A stretch of DNA of 6,021 nt, taken from a virus. Within the stretch, counting starts at the first letter, position 1, and every line of letters begins with the position of its first letter. The notes under the pieces were generated by a model that saw only the letters and a list, made by a program, of their open reading frames with translations, had not been told where the DNA came from and made no database searches. Below, piece after piece: positions 1 through 5,127 of this stretch. The stretch is from IMG/VR virus record IMGVR_UViG_3300031922_000088, positions 1 through 6,021 of that record. One strand, 5' to 3'. The position numbers and the translations under genes were made by a program.

Positions 1-55
1 AGGCCCGCACGGGACTTTTCCGCGCTCGAGCCGCAGGACAAGCGGCGCGGCCGCC
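1..55. repeat. Terminal direct repeat, copy 1 (circular-contig overlap)
   Basis: aggcccgcacgggacttttccgcgctcgagccgcaggacaagcggcgcggccgcc is identical to 5967-6021. Confidence 0.95.
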
Positions 56-57
56 CC

Positions 58-85
58 TCTGGCCCGAGTAGTAACACGGGCCAGA
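58..85 (+). other. Perfect 9-bp stem / 10-nt loop hairpin (tctggcccg-agtagtaaca-cgggccaga)
   Basis: 58-66 is the exact reverse complement of 77-85. The loop is A/T-rich in a very GC-rich context. The flanks GGCCCG...CACGGG recur without the loop at 2-13. Function is unknown; it may be an origin or Rep-recognition element. Confidence 0.3.
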
Positions 86-114
86 AGTGTCCCCCCAAGG
101 GTGCGAAAGGAGCC

Positions 115-1083
115 TTGTCCAGAGCCTTGATCGATTTCGTTTCCGTCACCTTCCCCAAGCATGCCGCCCGCATCTGGACGGCAGACGGCGATGCAGAGGA
201 CCGCCGCCGGTCCATCAAGGAGTTTTTCGACTTGCCCACCCTCCTGCATTGGATGTGCGGCTTCGACGATGCCATCCGCATCACCAAGCCAGAGGACAAG
301 GTGTGGCAGTTCTACCCTCAGTCCGGCTTTGTCCTGGACGACGAAGGCCAGAGCCTCGGGCGCTACGGCATCAAGGACGATGGCGACTTCCACCTGAGCT
401 TGTCCGGTGCGGGCTGTGCTCGGGTTGGCGACTGGAACCGGTTGTACCGCTTCATTGAGAAGGTCGGCGCGAAGATCACACATGTTGACATTGCTGTTGA
501 TGACCTCGCCGGCGAAATCTTCAGTTTCGAGAACATGCTCGAACACTGGCGCAATGGTCAGTTTAACGAAGGCGGGCGCAATCCGAATGCACAACTGATT
601 GATGACCTCGGCAGCAACAAGGGCCGATCTCTTACCATCGGCCAGCGTGGCCACAAACAGATTCAGGTTTACGAAAAAGGCAAGCAGTTGGGCGATCCGG
701 AAAGCAAGCGCATCCGTGTAGAAGTCCGCCTGTACGCCAAGCATCTGACGATCAGTCCAGAGGTGCTCGTGAACCCTGAACCGTACTTCCGCGGCTCCTA
801 TTCTCTGCTCGTTGAATACCTCGATGGCGTCATCGAGCGTTTCGATGTTCTTCGCGCCACTGCTGAGGCCAGCGGCAAGGCCATGCTTTCGTTCCTCGAA
901 CGTCAGGCCGGCCGTTCCATTGGTCTGCTTTTTGACGCCCTCGGCCGCGATGCTTGCGCGGCGTACCTCGAAACAAAGCTTGCCCGCGAAGGTCGCCCGG
1001 GCCGGTTCAAGTCATTCCATGGCGACCATGAAAACCTTGTCCGGTTCATCCGCGACGATCTCACGAAAGAGGCCCACCCATGA
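115..1083 (+). CDS. Rolling-circle replication initiator, Rep_trans-like (gII / RstA analogue)
   Basis: This is a 322-aa ORF. IDFVSVTFP at the N-terminus, HVDIAVDD, IQVYEKGKQ (candidate catalytic Tyr) and RVEVRL resemble, from memory, the Rep_trans family (pT181 RepC / CTXphi RstA). It sits directly upstream of the g5p-like gene with an ATGA overlap. The listed TTG start at 115 lies only 2 nt after AGGAG (108-112), so the start is uncertain (see 5964). Confidence 0.8.
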   Translation: MSRALIDFVSVTFPKHAARIWTADGDAEDRRRSIKEFFDLPTLLHWMCGFDDAIRITKPEDKVWQFYPQSGFVLDDEGQSLGRYGIKDDGDFHLSLSGAGCARVGDWNRLYRFIEKVGAKITHVDIAVDDLAGEIFSFENMLEHWRNGQFNEGGRNPNAQLIDDLGSNKGRSLTIGQRGHKQIQVYEKGKQLGDPESKRIRVEVRLYAKHLTISPEVLVNPEPYFRGSYSLLVEYLDGVIERFDVLRATAEASGKAMLSFLERQAGRSIGLLFDALGRDACAAYLETKLAREGRPGRFKSFHGDHENLVRFIRDDLTKEAHP

Positions 1084-1364
1084 TCCGTTTCGAAGTCTCT
1101 GCCGAACCCATCCAGACCCGCCGTATCACCAACAAGGCCACCGGCAACCAGGTCGAACTGCGCGAGCAATTCGTCTATGCCTACAACGGCTATTCCCACC
1201 CGATGCGCATGCGTTTCACCCTCGACCGCGACCAGGTGCCCTACGCCCCTGGCATGTACACCCTTGGTCCCCGTTCGATTGTTCAGGGCCAGTACGGTGA
1301 GGTTGCGATCGGTCGCAGCATCGAGCTTCTTTCGATTCCCACCACGGCCAGCAAGGCCGCTTGA
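1080..1364 (+). CDS. ssDNA-binding protein, g5p-like
   Basis: This 94-aa protein aligns by eye along its length with Ff gene V protein: MIRFEV vs MIKVEI, REQFVY vs NEQLCY, TLDRDQVPYAPGMYTL vs TLDEGQPAYAPGLYTV, QGQYGEV vs VGQFGSL. It has the right size and position, and its start overlaps the rep stop (ATGA). Confidence 0.9.
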   Translation: MIRFEVSAEPIQTRRITNKATGNQVELREQFVYAYNGYSHPMRMRFTLDRDQVPYAPGMYTLGPRSIVQGQYGEVAIGRSIELLSIPTTASKAA

Positions 1365-1367
1365 GCC

Positions 1368-1562
1368 ATGAAGGTCCTTGTTTGTATCGAGTGGGATCAG
1401 GCTGCACAGGTCTGCACTCGGGAAGCATGGACCGACCCAATGCCCTTCGGATTTCCGCCGCTGTCCGCAGGGGAGGGTGCAACCCTCGGCGCTGCCGTGT
1501 TCCTGCTTTTCGGCATCGCATTTCTTCTCAAGCGGCTTCGCAAGCATCTTGAACAACTCTAG
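1368..1562 (+). CDS. Small membrane protein, candidate minor coat protein (g7p/g9p position)
   Basis: The 64-aa product has one C-terminal hydrophobic helix (ATLGAAVFLLFGIAFLL) followed by a basic tail (KRLRKHLEQL), the inovirus coat-protein pattern. It lies between the ssb and major coat genes. The other two plus frames are also open here but encode non-hydrophobic Arg/Ser-rich sequence. Confidence 0.55.
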   Translation: MKVLVCIEWDQAAQVCTREAWTDPMPFGFPPLSAGEGATLGAAVFLLFGIAFLLKRLRKHLEQL

Positions 1563-1571
1563 GAGTTAATC

Positions 1572-1805
1572 ATGAACGTTCTCGCTCGTTTCAAGGCGAC
1601 CATGGCCGCTTTCGTGGCCATGGTCTTCGCCATGGTCGTCGGTTCCAGCACTGCTTTTGCCCAGGCTCTTGATCTGGCTGCTACGCAGGCTCAGGTGTTG
1701 GGCTACGTCGGTGCCACGATTACCTTCATCGTCGCCGTTGGTCTGGCTGTGCTGGGACTGGTCATGATCGCCAAAGCGATCAGGTGGGCCCGTCGCGCTG
1801 GTTGA
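1572..1805 (+). CDS. Major coat protein precursor, g8p-like
   Basis: AGGAG at 1561-1565 lies 6 nt before the ATG. The 77-aa product has a signal peptide ending AFA. The mature ~47-aa peptide has an acidic/polar N-terminus (QALDLAATQAQ), a hydrophobic core (ITFIVAVGLAVLGLVMI) and a basic C-terminus (KAIRWARRAG). Confidence 0.9.
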   Translation: MNVLARFKATMAAFVAMVFAMVVGSSTAFAQALDLAATQAQVLGYVGATITFIVAVGLAVLGLVMIAKAIRWARRAG

Positions 1806-1814
1806 TTCAAACTC

Positions 1815-1840
1815 GGTCGCGTCCTGGCGCGACCTTTCTC
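1815..1840 (+). terminator. Candidate rho-independent terminator/attenuator downstream of the major coat gene
   Basis: ggtcgcg (1815-1821) pairs with cgcgacc (1828-1834) across a 6-nt loop and is followed by tttctc. It begins 10 nt after the coat stop codon, the same position as the strong terminator after gene VIII in Ff phages. Confidence 0.55.
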
Positions 1841-1864
1841 AACATCGGGGGCTACGGTGATCGG

Positions 1865-3076
1865 ATGGATCGTTTTTATCATCATGTGCTGTGCGGCTTG
1901 GCTGTTGTTTTCGGACTGACAGTATCCGATTTGTTGAAAGCCACGAATATTCATCATCCGGATATTGGGCTTGCCCGGGCTGCATGCCATGCCGATCTAG
2001 CAGCTGCATCTGGCCGTTCACAACTCGATTGGAAAACTAACCCAACTCGCCAAGTTACATATGTCAGTTCGGCGGGACCACCGCCTTTTGATTGTGCTAC
2101 TCGCCGTTTTCATACACCCATCAATCTACACGGCTACACTTGCGGTGTTGTATGGACCAACACAGAAACAGGTTCTACAACAAATACTCGGTCTTGCATT
2201 AATGCAAACGCCGTTCTCAATAACAGCACTGAAATACATTTAGGTTCTCTCTCCTGCGTAACACGGCAACAAGAACAGTTTTCATGGCAAAATGGCAATC
2301 CCAATAATGTCAACATCTGTTTAGGAGGCTGTGAATATCAAGTCTCTGTTGATATGTGTGGTAGGAATTCAGACACCGAGCTATGGCAATGTACTGGTAC
2401 CGGTACACCTACAGGCCCAACTTGTTTAACGTTAGGTCAAAATCTACAGAATCCAACACCATTGCCTCCTTCTGACCCAACACAACCACCTGTTGACCCA
2501 ACACCACCTCCTGGCGATCCAACACCACCACCACCCGGATCAGGCGGAGGCGGCACCGCACCACCTGATGACGGTATCGATGACGGAGTTCAAGTTGTCC
2601 AAGGTCTTGGACCGCATTTGACAGCTATTGAACAAGCTGTATTAGGTCTAGGTCCTCGCATAGGTGCAGTGCAATCCGGCCTGACAGCCGCTATCAATCA
2701 TGGCACCAACGAGGCTAGGCCAAACGCAGGTCGCATAATCGTCGAGCTTGAAGCAATTCGTAACGCTATCGAGCATCCTAGCCAAGGAGGCCTTCTTCCT
2801 GGCGATGATGGCGGCGCATTGCCAACACGCGATGACATTATCGAGCGTGGCACCGCTGAGGAAATGATCAGCCGATTAGATACAGACGGCTTTGGCATGA
2901 CGAGAGGGTGTCCGGCAATGTCATGGCGTCAGACTTTCGATCTTGGTTGGGCTACTTTTCACATGGCCCAAGTGTCCACTATTATTTGTTGGGCGATAGG
3001 TTTGTTTGGGTGGATGATTGCACTTGCTGGATTCATCCAAGCATCTTACATCCTATCGAGGATCGGAGTACGGTAA
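1865..3076 (+). CDS. Adsorption / minor coat protein, g3p-like
   Basis: Start chosen at ATG 1865 (MDRFYHHVLCGLAVVFGLTVS, signal-like). The 403-aa product has a Cys-rich N-terminal region (10 Cys after the leader) and a Pro/Thr-rich then Gly-rich linker (DPTQPPVDPTPPPGDPTPPPPGSGGGG). It also has a C-terminal domain ending in a hydrophobic anchor (IICWAIGLFGWMIALAGFIQASYIL). This is the architecture and gene position of Ff g3p. Confidence 0.8.
   Translation: MDRFYHHVLCGLAVVFGLTVSDLLKATNIHHPDIGLARAACHADLAAASGRSQLDWKTNPTRQVTYVSSAGPPPFDCATRRFHTPINLHGYTCGVVWTNTETGSTTNTRSCINANAVLNNSTEIHLGSLSCVTRQQEQFSWQNGNPNNVNICLGGCEYQVSVDMCGRNSDTELWQCTGTGTPTGPTCLTLGQNLQNPTPLPPSDPTQPPVDPTPPPGDPTPPPPGSGGGGTAPPDDGIDDGVQVVQGLGPHLTAIEQAVLGLGPRIGAVQSGLTAAINHGTNEARPNAGRIIVELEAIRNAIEHPSQGGLLPGDDGGALPTRDDIIERGTAEEMISRLDTDGFGMTRGCPAMSWRQTFDLGWATFHMAQVSTIICWAIGLFGWMIALAGFIQASYILSRIGVR
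2474..2539 (+). repeat. Three imperfect tandem ~21-nt repeats encoding the DPTxPPx linker of the g3p-like protein
   Basis: gacccaacacaaccacctgtt / gacccaacaccacctcctggc / gatccaacaccaccaccacccgga, head to tail. Confidence 0.8.
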
Positions 3077-3372
3077 TGGGCGCATTACTTGCAGCATTTG
3101 TACCTTTCTTCATGGCTGCACTACGCTTATTCGTTCTTGCCAACATCGTCGGATTTGTAGTCCGTATTTTTGTCGGCCTCGGTGTTTATTTCTTGGTTAT
3201 GGAACCGCTTGGCGACGTTATATCTGACATGCTTAGCAATCGATTTCTCGGCCTTCCACCTGAAGTTGCTGGCTGGGTTGGTTTTATGAATGTCGATGTT
3301 TACGTTCAAGCAATCCTGAGTGCCTATGCAGTTGTTTGGGCATCGAATTTCGTTCTTCGGATGCGTCCATAA
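3076..3372 (+). CDS. Minor coat protein, g6p-like (hydrophobic; possibly DUF2523 family)
   Basis: ATG 3076 overlaps the g3 stop (TAATG), with GGAG 7 nt upstream. The 98-aa product is very hydrophobic, with 2-3 predicted helices. It lies between the g3-like and g1-like genes, as in other inoviruses. Confidence 0.7.
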   Translation: MGALLAAFVPFFMAALRLFVLANIVGFVVRIFVGLGVYFLVMEPLGDVISDMLSNRFLGLPPEVAGWVGFMNVDVYVQAILSAYAVVWASNFVLRMRP

Positions 3373-4559
3373 TGCCGATCAAGCTAGTTACCGGCACACC
3401 AGGAGCCGGCAAGACCCTTACTGCCCTGCAGGACGCATTGACGCAAGTTGGTGTTGATTTTGGCCTCTCCGATCCACTGGCAGAATGGGACCGTGGCACC
3501 ATACCCACACGCCCCGTTTATTTCTGCAACATTCGTGGCCTCGATCCTCGGCTACCCACGATTGAAACGCCATGGGATTGGGAGTCCTGTCCTGACGGAT
3601 CGCTGATCGTTGTTGACGAGGCGTGGGAGTTTTTCGGCAAGCAGTTGCGGAACGCGGACGATCCCCGCGTGCTCAACCTGGCCAAGCACCGCCATCGCGG
3701 CTTCGATTTCATCTGGACGAGCCAAGCGCCCTCGCAGTTGATTTCTGCGGTTCGTGACCTGGTAGGCTCGCATGTTCACGTAACAAGGAAGTTTGGCACC
3801 GAGACCACCATCCGCTATGAATGGCCGCATGTGCAGGAGTCACCCAACGGGCAGACTGCGAAGGCGCAGGCGATAGAACAGGTCTGGCGTTATCCGCCCA
3901 AACTGTTCCCGATCTACGAATCGGCGACCCTCCACACTGTCAAGCGCAAAATTCCCGCCAAGATCATCGCTGCCCTGGTACTGGCTGGATTTGTCCCTGT
4001 TCTCCTTGCTGTGTCCGGCTGGGCGCTCTACCAGGGCTTCGGCACGGCTGGCGTCGATCTGCCCTCACTCACTACCGAGACTGCCATCGCAGCTCAACCG
4101 GAAGGCGCGGCGCGCAGCGTAGCGAGCACCGCGCCGAGGGCCGGCACCAACAACGACGCACCGCAGACGGTCGAGGAGTTCATCATTGAACGAACTCCGC
4201 GCATCGATTGGGACCCTGCATCAGCACCCATCTATGATCGCTTCGAGGTCCAGGACTACCCGCGCATGTTCTGCATGATCTCGGGTGATCAGCGTATCGA
4301 GCGTGTGAGTTGTCGATGCCGAACTCAACAGATGACACCTATCCACGTGGACGACACCATCTGCATGCATATTGCTCTGAACGGCCGATGGGACCCGCGA
4401 CTTCCACCGATCGGGCACACGCCGAGGGAGGCCGACCGGACCCAGCTCCCGCCGATCGGCGAACAGTCGGCTATGCCATCAGCACCCATCGGCTTGGGTG
4501 GCTTTGACCGCTCGATCAGGCTTCCGCACGTTACGCCGGACGAAACCTCCCTTCGTTGA
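3372..4559 (+). CDS. Assembly NTPase, Zot / g1p-like
   Basis: ATG 3372 overlaps the previous stop (TAATG). Walker A GTPGAGKT lies at residues 8-15 and Walker B LIVVDEAW follows. A central TM helix (IIAALVLAGFVPVLLAVSGWAL) precedes a ~170-aa Cys-containing C-terminal domain. This is the typical Zot family (PF05707) layout. Confidence 0.9.
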   Translation: MPIKLVTGTPGAGKTLTALQDALTQVGVDFGLSDPLAEWDRGTIPTRPVYFCNIRGLDPRLPTIETPWDWESCPDGSLIVVDEAWEFFGKQLRNADDPRVLNLAKHRHRGFDFIWTSQAPSQLISAVRDLVGSHVHVTRKFGTETTIRYEWPHVQESPNGQTAKAQAIEQVWRYPPKLFPIYESATLHTVKRKIPAKIIAALVLAGFVPVLLAVSGWALYQGFGTAGVDLPSLTTETAIAAQPEGAARSVASTAPRAGTNNDAPQTVEEFIIERTPRIDWDPASAPIYDRFEVQDYPRMFCMISGDQRIERVSCRCRTQQMTPIHVDDTICMHIALNGRWDPRLPPIGHTPREADRTQLPPIGEQSAMPSAPIGLGGFDRSIRLPHVTPDETSLR

Positions 4560-4591
4560 TCCTGAATGGTCATTAACTCAAATTCTATACC

Positions 4592-4656
4592 CTATTGACA
4601 CGTAGCAACGGCGCGGCTCTCCGGGATTGTCAATAGTTTTTGCAACATTTGACAAT
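4592..4656. repeat. Three TTGACA-containing repeats forming two mutually exclusive inverted repeats in the AT-rich intergenic island
   Basis: A is ctattgaca (4592-4600), B is attgtcaatag (4626-4636) and C is ttgacaat (4649-4656). A pairs with B over 9 bp with a 27-nt loop, followed by ttttt at 4637-4641. B pairs with C over 8 bp with a 15-nt spacer. A CAATTG palindrome lies at 4653-4658. Confidence 0.6.
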
Positions 4657-4860
4657 TGATTGTTTTGATCGACCTCCGCCGTTATTTTTTTGGCGTGCCA
4701 CGGCCCAGCATCGCAGCCAAGGTCAGCACGCCACCGCGGGCCACATTGCGCCCCGCCAAACCGAGCAACAGGACACCCCAGCCCATCCCCGCACGGCCGC
4801 GCCCGGACCGCGCCAGCGGCCCGACGGGGCCCCCACGTAGTGGGGCAGGGAGGGCGACGC

Positions 4861-5127
4861 CTATGGCGTCGTCCAGCGGTTGTAGCGGGCCCGGAACGGC
4901 AGGATATTAGCTTCCTGCTTCCGCTTGCCCAGCTCGTCGAGCTGCATCACCGCCAGGACACGTTGCAGGCGAATCCTCCGCCGATCGGGTGCCACGAGTT
5001 CATCGCCGGCGATCCGCCAGCCGGCCCAATCGCCGAACAGCGGACCATTGCCGTAGACCAGCCAGTCATGCTGCCTACGCAGGCAGTCCGTGATGCCAAG
5101 TTTCTCGAAGCAGGGCGGTCTTTCCAT
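4861..5127 (-). CDS. Small protein, DUF3653-like; candidate XafT-type Xer recombination activation factor
   Basis: This 88-aa ORF has strong third-position GC bias typical of real genes in this genome. The segment GDWAGWRIAGDELVAPDRRRI matches my recollection of the DUF3653 core (W.GWR..G..L..P.G..I). It starts 85 nt from the dif-like attP. Only a weak RBS (GGA) is present, and its start overlaps the upstream ORF by 53 nt. Confidence 0.5.
   Translation of the reverse strand: MERPPCFEKLGITDCLRRQHDWLVYGNGPLFGDWAGWRIAGDELVAPDRRRIRLQRVLAVMQLDELGKRKQEANILPFRARYNRWTTP

Noticed and set aside
1-55. Terminal 55-nt repeats as att sites, LTRs or cos-type ends
   Set aside because: They have no similarity to dif or to the attP. 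The repeat lies partly inside coding sequence (the stop of the 71-aa ORF and the possible rep 5' end). The window ends exactly at the repeat boundary, which indicates an assembly overlap of a circle.
87-598. Alternative-frame ORFs inside rep (87..458, 161..397, 407..598, 363..554 minus)
   Set aside because: They are fully nested in the rep ORF, which has recognisable family motifs. Their translations are Arg/Pro/Cys-rich with no features.
903-1556. 217-aa ORF on the minus strand
   Set aside because: It lies antisense to the well-supported rep, g5p-like and 64-aa genes. Its composition is Arg/Gly/Ala-rich and low-complexity, typical of spurious open frames in GC-rich DNA. It has no RBS or recognisable motif.
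1361-1569. All three plus-strand frames are open between the ssb and major coat genes (possible overlapping genes)
   Set aside because: Only the 1368 frame encodes a coat-like hydrophobic helix with a basic tail. The other two encode Arg/Ser/Cys-rich sequence with no features. Triple openness over about 200 nt is not unusual at this GC content.
1784-1864. Upstream GTG extension of the g3p-like ORF (track start 1784)
   Set aside because: It would overlap the coat gene by 22 nt and would add 27 non-signal-like residues ahead of a good signal sequence that starts at ATG 1865.
2728-2755. Second XerC-arm-like sequence AGGTCGCATAA inside the g3p-like gene
   Set aside because: Only the arm matches (10/11). 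The central region TCGTCG is unlike TGTATA. The site is in the same orientation and 2.5 kb from the attP, so it cannot form a CTXphi-style folded attP. An 8-mer match of this kind is plausible by chance.
2908-3075. Upstream extension of the g6p-like ORF (track start 2908), and likewise 3336-3371 for the g1-like ORF
   Set aside because: The extensions lie inside the preceding genes in another frame. The TAATG overlaps at 3074-3078 and 3370-3374, with GGAG before 3076, give the usual coupled starts. The g1-like protein then begins 7 residues before its Walker A motif, as expected.
115-4559. In-frame internal products analogous to Ff gX (within rep) or gXI (within the g1-like gene)
   Set aside because: An internal Met exists in rep (MLEHW, about residue 141), but with no visible RBS. 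No Met precedes the g1-like TM helix. Nothing in the sequence supports these products.
4595-4654. TTGACA boxes as ordinary sigma-70 promoters
   Set aside because: None of the three TTGACA copies has an acceptable -10 hexamer 16-19 nt downstream on either strand. They are better described as repeats or hairpin arms.
4682-4786. 34-codon minus-strand ORF in the GC-rich intergenic block (MGWGVLLLGLAGRNVARGGVLTLAAMLGRGTPKK)
   Set aside because: It is mildly hydrophobic with a basic tail, like tiny inovirus proteins. However, neither hydrophobic patch is long enough for a TM helix and there is no properly spaced RBS. Open frames of this length are expected by chance at about 70% GC. It is worth a look only if conserved in relatives.
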